Made by a program: the position numbers and the translations under genes. A stretch of DNA of 64,000 nucleotides, from contig CAIKYO010000183.1 of NCBI GenBank assembly GCA_903831655.1, forward strand, positions 19 to 64,018, given 5' to 3'. The notes under the pieces are model-generated. The model saw only the letters and a list, made by a program, of their open reading frames with translations, ran no database searches and was not told where the DNA came from. Source of the DNA: an uncultured Burkholderiales bacterium. Lineage in GTDB: Bacteria > Pseudomonadota > Gammaproteobacteria > Burkholderiales > Burkholderiaceae_C. The stretch's first letter is position 1. Every line of letters begins with the position of its first letter. Positions 20,057-30,264 of the stretch are shown piece by piece.

Positions 20057-20758
20057 ATGTTTGAAAAGAAATTAGATGCTTCCCGTCAATCAGATGAATT
20101 GGGCCATGTACCCACTGTCATGGATCCCCATGAACGTCGCACCTACAGCGACGTGGTCATGGAGTCTCGTGTGCAAGCGGCCCGGTGGTTTTGCATTGCG
20201 GTGCTTGAGTCGTTGGTGATTTTGGCCTTGGGGGTGAGCATTGATTTGATGACCCCGTTGGTGAAAACGGTTCCCTACATGGTCAAGATCGACTCAGACT
20301 CTGGACAGGTGCTGGCCAAACCCGTTGCCGCTGAGCCCTTTTTGGTGGAGCCTCGGTTTGTGGCTGCAGAGGCCAGAAGTTTTGTACGCAACTTGATGTC
20401 GATCGATCCCTTTTTGAGTCGACGTGATCTGGAACGTGCCTCAACCAGGGTTGCAGGAAAAGCCAGTGCTGAGTTCAAAGAGTTCTTGCTCACGGAGCGA
20501 CCCTTTGAGCGCATGGCCAAAACACCTGGTCTGCTCAGAACCACAGAGATCAACAGCGCCGATGTTTCGCAAAAGAACATTGTCTTTGTATTTGCGCAAA
20601 CGAGAGAGCGAATCTCCATTGGGGCTCCGATCGTGACGAAGTGGAGATTCACGATTCACTACGTTTTGGACACCACCCTTGATCAAAAGGGATTTGAGGA
20701 AAATCCCCTTGGTTTTGTGATCACCCATTTTGAGCGCTTACAGGACAACGTGCAATGA
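20057..20758 (+). CDS. virB8: Type IV secretion inner membrane protein VirB8/TrbF
   Basis: Single TM, then VPYMVKIDSDSG; C-terminal ENPLGFVITHF signature. Confidence 0.88.
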   Translation: MFEKKLDASRQSDELGHVPTVMDPHERRTYSDVVMESRVQAARWFCIAVLESLVILALGVSIDLMTPLVKTVPYMVKIDSDSGQVLAKPVAAEPFLVEPRFVAAEARSFVRNLMSIDPFLSRRDLERASTRVAGKASAEFKEFLLTERPFERMAKTPGLLRTTEINSADVSQKNIVFVFAQTRERISIGAPIVTKWRFTIHYVLDTTLDQKGFEENPLGFVITHFERLQDNVQ

Positions 20759-21663
20759 AGCTTGAACACAGGGGCACTTTGTTGTGCATGATTTTTTGGG
20801 TGCAGTGTGCATGGGCTCAGCCCACCGTTGTGAGTGCGGACACTCGTTTGGTCACCTTTGAGTTCGATCCTGACAAAAGCTACCTGGTTCTCACCCGGCC
20901 CAAATCGGTCACCCACATCCAACTCGCACCCAACGAGATGATCAATACCGCTGTGGCGGGAGACACCTCTAACTTTAGTGTGGTCGTCAGCGCCAATCGA
21001 ACGAGCGTTTTGGTGCGTCCCAAGTACGAGGGGCTCACCACGAGTTTGACCCTGATCACCAATGCAAGAAGTTACCCCATGGTGCTGAGATCAACGCCCG
21101 AGGCCACGGGCAAGTGGTATCAAAGGGTGAATTGGCATTTCGAAGAAATGGAATTGAATGCATTGAGCCCTCTTGGCAACCCACACGATCTGAGCGCTTC
21201 CCTTCAAACCTCCTCTTTGAGCGCAGAGGGGATATTGAGGGCACGTCCATTGGGGCCCGAAGAGATGCAAGGGGAAGTTCATTCAAACGATGTCCTTGCC
21301 TCACTCCATCCAAACTCGACTGCTGAGGCGCAAACCTCATTGAGTCTTGATTTGGATCGACTCACACAGTTGAGGAGTCAGTACTCAGTAGAGGGCAGTG
21401 CAGATTTCAGGCCATTACAAGTCTTTGATGATGGACAAAGGATGTATTTGCACATGCCTGATGAGATGCAAAATTTCCCAGCTATTTTTGCGCTTGAAGA
21501 GGACCGCGCGCAGTTGATCAATTTCAGTCTTGCCAAGCGCTTTGTGGTGATTCAAGGTCTTCATTCAGAATTGTTACTGAAAAATGGCTCTTTGGAGGTC
21601 AAAGTCAAGCGCACACCCAGTAGCAATGGCTTTTGGGGAGGGCTCTTGCATGGAAACCGATGA
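20755..21663 (+). CDS. virB9: Type IV secretion outer membrane core protein VirB9/TrbG
   Basis: Signal peptide, DTRLVTFEFDP, T.I.LAP.E, GDT..F, TSLTLITNARSY; C-terminal PLQVFDDGQRMYL. Confidence 0.9.
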   Translation: MKLEHRGTLLCMIFWVQCAWAQPTVVSADTRLVTFEFDPDKSYLVLTRPKSVTHIQLAPNEMINTAVAGDTSNFSVVVSANRTSVLVRPKYEGLTTSLTLITNARSYPMVLRSTPEATGKWYQRVNWHFEEMELNALSPLGNPHDLSASLQTSSLSAEGILRARPLGPEEMQGEVHSNDVLASLHPNSTAEAQTSLSLDLDRLTQLRSQYSVEGSADFRPLQVFDDGQRMYLHMPDEMQNFPAIFALEEDRAQLINFSLAKRFVVIQGLHSELLLKNGSLEVKVKRTPSSNGFWGGLLHGNR

Positions 21664-23284
21664 CCTGATGAAACCTGTGGTTGAAAAAGCGCGGGGTGTT
21701 CCACCTAAAAAAGTGGTCCTTCCTGTCTTGGTCTTGATCTTTGTTGTGTTGATGATTTTGTCATTCATATCTTCTGAGAATGATGAGCCCATTCAAAGGG
21801 GGGATGATCTTGCCAAGAAAAATGAAATCAACCTGAGTGAGTCCGATCGCTTGCAGATGAAGGGTGCCCAAAAATTGGTGGGTGAGTCTTACGCATTAAG
21901 TGGACTGACGCCTGAGATTTTGTTGTCCTCACAGATCAATTCAACCCAGCCCCACGATGCCAACACGTCTCCTTCGGCCTTTGGTGTTTCCACGCCCATC
22001 AGCAAAGATTCAAAAAGCAATGGGTACTTGGCGCAAAGTCAATGGCCCACACCCATTCACAGTGGCTCGAATATTTCAAATCCAAAGGGACTACTCTCTC
22101 CTAATTCTGCAAGCTTGCCAGTAGGGCCCCTGATGGGACAGGCTTCGTTGCCTTTGCCCGTTGGTCAAGTTCAGTGGGAGGGGGGTGTTGGAGTTGATTC
22201 TAAAAATGATCTATTGGCCTTAAAAGCAGCCAAGGAGATTGAGGTGCTCAATTCCAAAATGGTCGTTGCTGACTTTGATGACCGCGTGTCATCCTCAATT
22301 GCGAACCCACTTGGGGTCACCTCACAAGCGAAAACTTCAAATGGGTTGAGCCAAGAGCAAGCCCAAACCTTGGCCAACTTAAGGCAAAAAGCCATGAATT
22401 GGTCTGCCTCCAACCCACAGGCATCATTGGGCATGGGCTCAGTCGGTGCAGGTGCTGGCGGGGGCAATGCCTCCAAAATGGGCTTGGAAAGCGACTTGCC
22501 TGGCGCTCATGAGGGTGCATTGGGTTCAGACAAGAGTGGCTTTCAAAAAGCCTCAGAGCTCCTCGATGCATGGAGCAATCCATTTCAAGACCCGGCTCTA
22601 GGCGGAAGCACTTCGAGGCCAAGTCCTTCACTTGCGAACAAAGACACTTTGTTTTTGAATGAGTTTGCAAACTCCACTGCATCCAAGGCGGGTTTGCGTC
22701 CTAGGCGTTTGGAGAGTGCAGGTTCGATCTTTGAGGGGAGTGTCATTCCTGCGGTCTTGGCAAGGGACATCGTCTCCGATTTGCCGGGCACCCTGACGGC
22801 CTTGGTTTCACAAGATGTCTACGATTCATTGACCTCGAGCTCGGTGCTCATTTGCAAGGGGGCGAAATTGGTCGGTCGCTACAACCACGACGTTCGAGTG
22901 GGTCAGTCTCGTTTGATGTTTGCTTTTACGAGACTCATCTTGAACAGTGGTGAGTCGTTTGATTTGACGGGCTTTGAGGGCTCTGATGCGTTGGGTCGAG
23001 CGGGGTATGAGGGTGATGTGAACAACCATTTCTTGAAAATCTATGGATCCTCATTGGCCATTGGAGTGCTTGCAGATCAGGTGACAAAACAATCGCAAGT
23101 TCCTCAAGGTACCTTTGCTCAACCCAGTGCAACGGGGCAAATCATGGTTCAGACCACAAGAGAGATTTTGAGTCGAACAAGGGACGTCTCTCCCACCATC
23201 ACCATTGAGCACGGCACTCCAATCAATGTGGAGGTTCGGCGAGATTTAATTTTCCCAAGTACCCAAAGAGCGAGGTGCACATGA
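21650..23284 (+). CDS. virB10: Type IV secretion core protein VirB10/TrbI
   Basis: N-terminal TM, long Ser/Pro/Gly linker, GSVIPAVL...SDLPG.LTA.VSQDVYDS, GRAG..GDVNNHF, PTITIEHGTPINVEVRRDL. Start moved to 21650 (GGAGG upstream). Confidence 0.92.
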   Translation: METDDLMKPVVEKARGVPPKKVVLPVLVLIFVVLMILSFISSENDEPIQRGDDLAKKNEINLSESDRLQMKGAQKLVGESYALSGLTPEILLSSQINSTQPHDANTSPSAFGVSTPISKDSKSNGYLAQSQWPTPIHSGSNISNPKGLLSPNSASLPVGPLMGQASLPLPVGQVQWEGGVGVDSKNDLLALKAAKEIEVLNSKMVVADFDDRVSSSIANPLGVTSQAKTSNGLSQEQAQTLANLRQKAMNWSASNPQASLGMGSVGAGAGGGNASKMGLESDLPGAHEGALGSDKSGFQKASELLDAWSNPFQDPALGGSTSRPSPSLANKDTLFLNEFANSTASKAGLRPRRLESAGSIFEGSVIPAVLARDIVSDLPGTLTALVSQDVYDSLTSSSVLICKGAKLVGRYNHDVRVGQSRLMFAFTRLILNSGESFDLTGFEGSDALGRAGYEGDVNNHFLKIYGSSLAIGVLADQVTKQSQVPQGTFAQPSATGQIMVQTTREILSRTRDVSPTITIEHGTPINVEVRRDLIFPSTQRARCT

Positions 23285-24645
23285 TCGCTTGGGCTGTGAA
23301 ACCCGTCTCACTTGGATGTTCAAGGACTTGTCGGCTCAGACTTTTTTGTGCACTGAGTTTGAGCTTGATGGTTCACCCCACTTGGGCGAAGGGTCTTGAG
23401 AGATTTCATTTTGATTACGCCATTTATGGCATTGGTCAACCCCAAAGCCTTCAAATCTTTGATGATGGGGTGCGCACCTTTTTAATGTGGAATGAATCCG
23501 TTGATGCTCCACGAATTGACGAGGGGAATTCAACGGGTGCATTCAAGCTCAACCGCGAGGGGGCCTATTGGGTCATGCAGGGTGTTCATTCTCATTTGGT
23601 ATTGCGTTTTGGTCAGGGTTACTTTCACGTATTGGCCACGGGTAGACAGCCCTTGAGTACCTCCACCTTGTCGGAGGTGCAATTGGATCTGAATGCCCAC
23701 ACCTCTCACAGGTGGGGTGCTTTCGCTGGCCATCCAGCCCAGCCCAGTGAGCCTTTTGATTTTCGCGCTGCAAAGCTTATTGAAGGGGACGTGACCTCCA
23801 ACTCTTATGCACAACCCATTCACGGTGATGAGTTGTCATGGAAGAAATTGGAAGACAACTCAAGCGATATTGGCCCTCAGACTTCCATGCAGAACTTGGA
23901 CAACAAGCTTCATGGGAGCAGTGAAAACATGGCATTGCTTGCCTTTCCAAAAGGCTCCAAGGTGCTCGGAGTGCAGGCCAAGGCGAGGTTGAGGGAATTG
24001 TTGAAGGACAAACGAGTCGGATTTGATCTGACGGTCGTGGGCTATGAGGACGATTCGTATCTTGAGGATCTGGGGCAAGAGCGGGCCGACGTGATTAAGC
24101 AATACCTCTTGGCTCAAGGTGTGAAACAAGAGCGGGTGAGGCTTCAAATTGAGCCCTTCACCGAAATGAGGGCAACCAAGGGTACAAAACCCCCGGGCGC
24201 CAAGATCATTTGGCACCGTTTGGAGGATTCAAGCAGCAAGGTTGAAAAAACCGCAAGCAAGAACATTGCACCATTTTCCGGGGGTGATCAACCGGTTGAC
24301 AAAGTTCAGCGCAAATTGGCTTTTGATATGGCTCAAAGTTCTTCATCCCCCAGAGTTGACATGGCTTTAAGTGTCCGACCTTCACTCTCTGTGATCAAAC
24401 AAGGCGAGTTGATTCACGAGGGTTTGGCACGTTTGGCCAAGTCCCACAATTGGACATTGATGTGGCGACTCAATTGGGATTGGAAGGCCGTGGCTGACAT
24501 TGATCTCTCCAAAGGAGGAGATGTGGTGCAAGAGGTCAGCCAAGTCATTGAGGCTCTAAGACTAGAGGGTCATGCTCTTCAGTTGAAGGTCTATGAGGAC
24601 AACCAAGTGATGGAGGTGGTGACGACAGAGGTGTTCAATGATTGA
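23281..24645 (+). CDS. PilL-like/TcpQ-domain protein with N-terminal VirB9-C-like and central OmpA-like domains
   Basis: FDYAIYG..PQSLQIFDDGVRTFL; AF.KGS..L...LTVVGYED....LGQERA..IKQYL...GV; C-terminal GELI...L.RLA...NWTLMW...DW...Y.DNQV.EV. ATGA overlap with virB10. Confidence 0.72.
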   Translation: MIAWAVKPVSLGCSRTCRLRLFCALSLSLMVHPTWAKGLERFHFDYAIYGIGQPQSLQIFDDGVRTFLMWNESVDAPRIDEGNSTGAFKLNREGAYWVMQGVHSHLVLRFGQGYFHVLATGRQPLSTSTLSEVQLDLNAHTSHRWGAFAGHPAQPSEPFDFRAAKLIEGDVTSNSYAQPIHGDELSWKKLEDNSSDIGPQTSMQNLDNKLHGSSENMALLAFPKGSKVLGVQAKARLRELLKDKRVGFDLTVVGYEDDSYLEDLGQERADVIKQYLLAQGVKQERVRLQIEPFTEMRATKGTKPPGAKIIWHRLEDSSSKVEKTASKNIAPFSGGDQPVDKVQRKLAFDMAQSSSSPRVDMALSVRPSLSVIKQGELIHEGLARLAKSHNWTLMWRLNWDWKAVADIDLSKGGDVVQEVSQVIEALRLEGHALQLKVYEDNQVMEVVTTEVFND

Positions 24646-26401
24646 TTCAAATCGCCATCAGCGGGGGGCTTGGGACAGGTTCCACCTTGTGTGTGTTGTG
24701 CAGACAATGTGTTTGATGTTTGCTTTGTGTGCGTGTTCATTTGAGGCCAATCGCCTGGGCATTGAAAAAGGGATTTCCCAAACACAGGGGTTCATGGACA
24801 CAGAACCTTCAAGGCCATCTCAACCCTCACCACCTGGGGGTGTGATGCACATCAAGGGTCCTAGGGTTTCGGGACAAGTGGTGAGACTTGACGAACAGGA
24901 GCTGCCTGATGTGTTTTCTCAAAAGGTTCGATTTTTGAGCAAAGGGGCTTCCTCCATGGCTCAGATCACAGCGGATATCTCCAAGCTCATCGGAGTTCCG
25001 ATCAAGGCGAGCGAATTGCTCAATCAAGGGTTGGGCCACGATGATGCCATGGGTTCTCGCCTGGCCAGTCCTCAATCATCGATGTCATGGGGCCCGAGTG
25101 TTGGGGTGGAAATTGATTTTGAGGGCAGTGCTCAAAGTTTGATGGATCTCTTGGCTGGGCAAAACAATGTGTCTTGGCGCTTCAACCCTCAAAGTGCGGC
25201 GGTGGAGTTTTACCGCTTTGAGACCAAAGCATTTTCGGTCTTTGTACCGGGGGGGCAAAAAAACATCAACGCAAGCATTTCACTCTCCGGTGTGAGTGAT
25301 GGAGGAGGAGCGGGAAATTCAACTGGAGCTGCAAGCGCAGCGGCTGGGACGGGCGCGGGCAACGTATCGGTCAACCAAGCGATGAGTGTCAACCCTTGGG
25401 TATCGATCATGCAAGGGGTGAGATCGATTTTGAACGACACCAACCAAAGTTTGAGTTCATCACTGGGATTGCAAGGACAAATGGGCATGGGCGCAAGCAG
25501 TGGAGGAGGGCTGCCTGCAAGCCTTGGCGCTAACGCCATTGGGGGGACCACTTTGAGTGCCAGTGGCGCACAAGCCGTAGCCAATCCTGAATTGGGACTG
25601 ATCACCGTCACCGCAAGACCCCAGGCGTTGGAGCGTGTTCAGCAGTATGTGCGTGCCATCAATGAGCGCTTTGCAAAAAACGTCCTGATTGATGTCAAGA
25701 TTTACAGTTTCTCGTTGGATGAACAAAAGTCTTTGGGATTTGGTTTGAACATGCTCTACACCAAACTGAACCAAATGAATGCAAACATTGTGAGTCCTCA
25801 GCCCTTGCAGGCGGGAGTGGACACACCAGGTATTTTGACTTTGGCTGCACCGACAGGCTCTGGCGCTTGGAGTGGTTCGAACTTTGTGGCTCAAGCGCTC
25901 AGTCAGTTGGGTCGCGTCGCTTTGCTCAAGCAAGCCCAAGTGTTGGCCATCAATGGACAACCCTCTCCGGTGCAAGTCGCCAACGAAATCAGTTTCATCG
26001 CATCCAGTGCGACCACATTGGCGCCCAACGTGGGCTCAATTACCACGCAGACCACGGGTACGAAGGTGGTTGGATTCACGGCCAATTTTTTACCCTTGAT
26101 TTTGGGAGATGGACGCATTTTGTTGTCCTATCAAATCCAAATTTCTTCATTGGCAAGCGCACTGACACCCAACGCTCAAGGGATTCAAACCCCCAATGTG
26201 GCTACCCAGTCTTTGCAGCAACAAGCGTTCTTGGAGGATGGTCAATCGATTGTGTTGTTTGGATACGATGAGGAGCGAAACGCTCAAGCAAAGGCCTTGA
26301 GCGTAGCGGGTCTCTCCAACTCAAGCAGCATGAACCGAGACATGGTGGTCATTGTTTTGCAAGTCAACACAGGAGCTAGGCGTGTCACACCTCCGATTTG
26401 A
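24638..26401 (+). CDS. pilN: Type IVb pilus secretin, R64 PilN family (lipoprotein)
   Basis: Lipobox ALCAC; ET.AFSV, Gly/Ser-rich N2 region, GLITVTARPQALERV..YV..IN, NGQPSP.QV, GFTANFLP.I...GRILL, Q..L..GQS.VL.G. Confidence 0.88.
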   Translation: MIDSNRHQRGAWDRFHLVCVVQTMCLMFALCACSFEANRLGIEKGISQTQGFMDTEPSRPSQPSPPGGVMHIKGPRVSGQVVRLDEQELPDVFSQKVRFLSKGASSMAQITADISKLIGVPIKASELLNQGLGHDDAMGSRLASPQSSMSWGPSVGVEIDFEGSAQSLMDLLAGQNNVSWRFNPQSAAVEFYRFETKAFSVFVPGGQKNINASISLSGVSDGGGAGNSTGAASAAAGTGAGNVSVNQAMSVNPWVSIMQGVRSILNDTNQSLSSSLGLQGQMGMGASSGGGLPASLGANAIGGTTLSASGAQAVANPELGLITVTARPQALERVQQYVRAINERFAKNVLIDVKIYSFSLDEQKSLGFGLNMLYTKLNQMNANIVSPQPLQAGVDTPGILTLAAPTGSGAWSGSNFVAQALSQLGRVALLKQAQVLAINGQPSPVQVANEISFIASSATTLAPNVGSITTQTTGTKVVGFTANFLPLILGDGRILLSYQIQISSLASALTPNAQGIQTPNVATQSLQQQAFLEDGQSIVLFGYDEERNAQAKALSVAGLSNSSSMNRDMVVIVLQVNTGARRVTPPI

Positions 26402-26948
26402 TCCCAAAGTGGTGTGTGGGTGCTGGGCTTTGCTCTTGGCGCCTGCGCTTTGGGCACAAGAAACGAACCCATCAGTGGGTGTGGTCAACGATTTGGATGA
26501 TCAAAAGGCCGTGATGCAAGCTCAAATTGAAATCATGAGAAAGGAGCTGGATTTGAACAGCACACTCAAGTCATTGGCAATGTCTGTTTATCAGCCCTTA
26601 CCCAGTGTGCTGAGTCTATCCATCAGAGGTTCTCAGGCACAGGTGAGGTTGCTATTCGCCTCTGGCGTGAGTGCGAGCTACAAAACTGGAGATCTTGTGC
26701 CAGGAGGTTTCAAAATCTCCGAAATCAAAGAGCGAGAGGTATTTGTTGAGATAAGGCGAAATTCAAAAGCCGTTCGGGTGGCTTTGGAATTTGCAATCAG
26801 CCCAGCCTCACCCTCCCTGTCCCCGTCCTTTGTCTCCGCTGGAGTTGGAGCGATCATCCCACCTGAGCTCATGCCTAAACTACCGCATGTCCCCATGCCC
26901 GCGGTCAGCGCTCCTAGAGCACTGCCTTCTTTAGGGGCAAAACCATGA
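26382..26948 (+). CDS. pilP: Type IVb pilus biogenesis protein PilP
   Basis: Signal peptide, coiled coil, LPSVLSL...G....V.L....G......GD.VPGG..I.EI. GTG start at 26382 follows AGGAG. Confidence 0.72.
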   Translation: MSHLRFDPKVVCGCWALLLAPALWAQETNPSVGVVNDLDDQKAVMQAQIEIMRKELDLNSTLKSLAMSVYQPLPSVLSLSIRGSQAQVRLLFASGVSASYKTGDLVPGGFKISEIKEREVFVEIRRNSKAVRVALEFAISPASPSLSPSFVSAGVGAIIPPELMPKLPHVPMPAVSAPRALPSLGAKP

Positions 26949-28447
26949 TTGTCAAAGTTGCAGACTTGCACTTTGCCTTTGGTATGAAATGGATCATTTC
27001 TCATGACAAAAAAGAAACTCGATTGATCAAGGCTCAGTTCAATCCAAAGGGCTCTTTGTTTGTGTGTCAAGAAAAAATTAAGGCCGAGTTTGCTCCCAAC
27101 GGTCAGGCTTGGCTTGGGGTCTACACTTTGAGTTCAAAATCTCGCGCACTCCGGGAGCCAAAACCAATCTATTGCGCCGCACTTTGCCTGGCTACTTTTG
27201 TGCGAGACGCCATACTTGTTCAGCCCCTCATGGAGGGTTGCGTTTGGTTTTGTGTGATCAAAGATGGATTGCCCGTGGTGGGATTTGATCTGTTGCTAAG
27301 CCCTGATGAGATTGAGTCCCATGTCGACTATTGTCAAAGGGTGTTCATGACAACTGCCGAAGGGCTTCAACCGGACACGCCCTTGATCTCCAGGTCCTTT
27401 GAGGTGATTGAAGCACTGGAGCTGCTTAGGGGCATAGGAACTGAAAAATCTAAAGATCGTGCTTTAGCTAAAAGTATCAAGGCCGCAAGGCTCAGACCAT
27501 TGGAGCAAATGGGGTGGAGAAAGTTCAGGCCCATTGTGCTGACATTGAGTGCGGGTGTCGTTTTGAGCGTACTTTGTGGCGTTGCTGCGGGTGAAGGCTT
27601 CTTTGCGATCTTCAATGGCACTGTGGATTTTGGCGGGTTGTCCAGCTCAACTCCGGTGCGAAGCGCAGTGGACAAGGTGCACACTTGGGTGAGTACTGCA
27701 TTTTTTCCTGAACACGCAAGGCAAGAGAGCATTCGCCTACAAAGCTTGGCGCTACAAAGGCAAGAGTCGAATATGGCGGGAACACGAGAGAGAGCGCAGG
27801 CTCAATTGAATGCGAGACAACGCCAATACGAGCTCAATGAAGGTCGATTCTTGGATCAACAAAATCTGTTGCGATCAAAAGTTCAAGCAATCGAGCTTTG
27901 GCAGGAATTCAACCGCGTGCGACAAAGTGTGCCTATCTCATTGAAGGGGCGTGAGATGCGCCACATCAAATGTGTGCTTACACAATGTGATTTGAATGGG
28001 TCCACAGGAATCGGCGAAATGGACAGGGCCTTGCGCCAGGTGAGTTTGAATGTGCACGGGTCGCCAATGGAACTTGGAAGCCAGGATTCGGCTGAGGGCC
28101 TCTTGGAGTCCTTGAAAATAAATTTTGACCCTCTGCCCGTGAATTGGAGTACAGCCTCTCCTAATCGGTATTTAATGCAGACGCTTGAGAGCGCAGTGCC
28201 CTTGGTTGCTGAGACCCGAGCAAGTAGAGGGGGTGAGCCGATCAGAGAGCACAAATGGTTGCTTGCCAAAGCAGGCGAATGGTCACTGAACTTGAGTGGC
28301 GAGACGATGCTTGTGCAAGGTGATGAGTTTGTCAAACGCATGGCCCATTGGCCCTTGGAGCTCTCTGAGGTGAACTACCGAAAAAATGAGTCTTTGACTT
28401 TCAAAGGCAGGTGGTTCTATTTTCCAAAAGTGATGGGTTCGCCATGA
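26945..28447 (+). CDS. pilO: Type IVb pilus assembly protein PilO (PilO2-like)
   Basis: FAFGMKW N-terminus, VWFCVIKDGLPVVGFD, central TM, periplasmic coiled coil; position between pilP and the ATPase. Confidence 0.7.
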   Translation: MIVKVADLHFAFGMKWIISHDKKETRLIKAQFNPKGSLFVCQEKIKAEFAPNGQAWLGVYTLSSKSRALREPKPIYCAALCLATFVRDAILVQPLMEGCVWFCVIKDGLPVVGFDLLLSPDEIESHVDYCQRVFMTTAEGLQPDTPLISRSFEVIEALELLRGIGTEKSKDRALAKSIKAARLRPLEQMGWRKFRPIVLTLSAGVVLSVLCGVAAGEGFFAIFNGTVDFGGLSSSTPVRSAVDKVHTWVSTAFFPEHARQESIRLQSLALQRQESNMAGTRERAQAQLNARQRQYELNEGRFLDQQNLLRSKVQAIELWQEFNRVRQSVPISLKGREMRHIKCVLTQCDLNGSTGIGEMDRALRQVSLNVHGSPMELGSQDSAEGLLESLKINFDPLPVNWSTASPNRYLMQTLESAVPLVAETRASRGGEPIREHKWLLAKAGEWSLNLSGETMLVQGDEFVKRMAHWPLELSEVNYRKNESLTFKGRWFYFPKVMGSP

Positions 28448-30264
28448 GTCTAATAGGTCCCACAGATGAGTTCGTGATCACTGACATCACGCAACTCCCG
28501 GCGGGTGAGTATTTGAGTTTTAAGCAAGCTCAATTACCTGCTGCGTTCAGAAAGCATTTTGCATTGCTCCTCTCTCACATCCATTCGCAATTGGAATTAA
28601 GCCCTCAAGAGGATGTCAGCAAACACCAGAATTACAATTTATTGCTGTTGGTCAATGAGGCACATTTTGCAAGTCACGAGTACTTTGATTTGATACATCG
28701 TTTGGACCCTTCGCTTGAGCGGGAGATACAGGGTGGGGGCTCACTGAAGTCAAACTTGAACCGAGATTTGCCGGGTATGCGTTTGGTTCAAGTCATGAAG
28801 GTGACCCATGAGATCATCAAAAGCATACACGCAGCCAATGTCTCCTTACCCCATTGGGTTGAGACACATGTGGAGACCTCCTCATGGGCGTTGATTGACA
28901 GGGCCATCGATCAGCGCGCGTCTGACTTGCACATCGAGACGCGAGGCTCATATGCACAGGTCTACTTTCGAATTGATGGTGAGCGTCGCCCACAGCCCAG
29001 CATTTCATCCAAGAGTGCCATGGATATGTGCAATGTGCTGTACGGAGTCCATGCCGATGCGGACAACAAAGGGGTCACATGGGATGAGAAAACGGTGAAG
29101 GATGCAGTGATTGAGCATCGATCTGCTTTGGGTAAGCACGTTCAGTTAAGGCTCTCAAGCGCTCCGATTCATCCGAGTGGAAATTTTCATGTCGTCATTC
29201 GACTCTTGGTAATGGATGTCCACACCCTCAAGCCCCTGGCTGAAATGGGTTACTCCAAAGAGCAATTGGAGCGCATTGAGGACATGTTGATCGGCTCCAT
29301 CGGTGTGGTCTTTGTGGTGGGACCCACCAACAGCGGCAAGTCCACTTCCTTGCAATCTCTGATTGCTCGCATGTTTGAACAAAAGGGACGTGACATCAAA
29401 GTGATCACAGTAGAGAGACCCGTTGAGTATTTGATCGCATCTGCATGCCAAATGGGGGTTCCTGAGGGTAGGCGCGATTTGATGAATCAACAAACGGGTT
29501 CCCATTACAGCGCTTTTGTTGCCGCAACTTTGAGGCAAGACCCCGATGTGGTGATGCTAGGGGAGGTCAACGATGCGGACAGTGCCAACAACATCATGCA
29601 ATTGGTCTTGTCGGGTCGAAAGACTTTGGCTACTTTGCACGTGTATGAGGCCTTTGGGGTCTTTGCTCGTCTGTGCGAGCTAGGTGTCCCGAAATCGGTG
29701 CTTCTCATGAAGAGGTTCATCAGTGGCATTGTTTTTCAAAGGCTGGTGCCTTTGTTGTGCGCTGGGTGTGCGTTATCTCTTCATGATGAGGGGGCGGTTG
29801 AGCTCATGAGTGCTCAATTACTTGGGCGAGTACTTGCGCTGAGTGGTGAGGACTCAAGCCGGGTTCGACTTCGGGGTGGAGGTTGTCAGGCTTGTTCGGG
29901 CACAGGGTTGGCTGGGCGTACCCTGTGTGCAGAGATTTTGGTGCCAGATGCGTGTTTTTTGTCCTTGATGAATGCAGGACTGGAGGACCAGGCCAGGGCA
30001 CATGGGTTAAAGGGTTGTGGTGCTCTCGAAACCCAGACCGGGGGTTCAGCCATGTCGCATGCCATACAAAAGATGCGACTCGGACTCTTGGATCCCCGAG
30101 ACATTGAGAGGTGGCTGGGGCGCTTGGAGTTAGAGTTCATTGAATCAGAGCAAGCATCCAGGCCAACTGCACAAGCTCTAAGTCCTTTGAAGGCGAAAAG
30201 GACTGTTCCACGAAAAGAAAAGCCACTTGTGGCCCAAGCTCTTGAAAAGTTGGAGCCCGATTGA
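28444..30264 (+). CDS. pilQ: Pilus extension ATPase (GspE/PilB/PilQ family)
   Basis: ASDLHIE, GPTNSGKST Walker A, TVERPVEY, LRQDPDVVMLGEV, LATLH, CxxC...CxxC zinc motif; start moved to the ATGA overlap. Confidence 0.93.
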   Translation: MSLIGPTDEFVITDITQLPAGEYLSFKQAQLPAAFRKHFALLLSHIHSQLELSPQEDVSKHQNYNLLLLVNEAHFASHEYFDLIHRLDPSLEREIQGGGSLKSNLNRDLPGMRLVQVMKVTHEIIKSIHAANVSLPHWVETHVETSSWALIDRAIDQRASDLHIETRGSYAQVYFRIDGERRPQPSISSKSAMDMCNVLYGVHADADNKGVTWDEKTVKDAVIEHRSALGKHVQLRLSSAPIHPSGNFHVVIRLLVMDVHTLKPLAEMGYSKEQLERIEDMLIGSIGVVFVVGPTNSGKSTSLQSLIARMFEQKGRDIKVITVERPVEYLIASACQMGVPEGRRDLMNQQTGSHYSAFVAATLRQDPDVVMLGEVNDADSANNIMQLVLSGRKTLATLHVYEAFGVFARLCELGVPKSVLLMKRFISGIVFQRLVPLLCAGCALSLHDEGAVELMSAQLLGRVLALSGEDSSRVRLRGGGCQACSGTGLAGRTLCAEILVPDACFLSLMNAGLEDQARAHGLKGCGALETQTGGSAMSHAIQKMRLGLLDPRDIERWLGRLELEFIESEQASRPTAQALSPLKAKRTVPRKEKPLVAQALEKLEPD

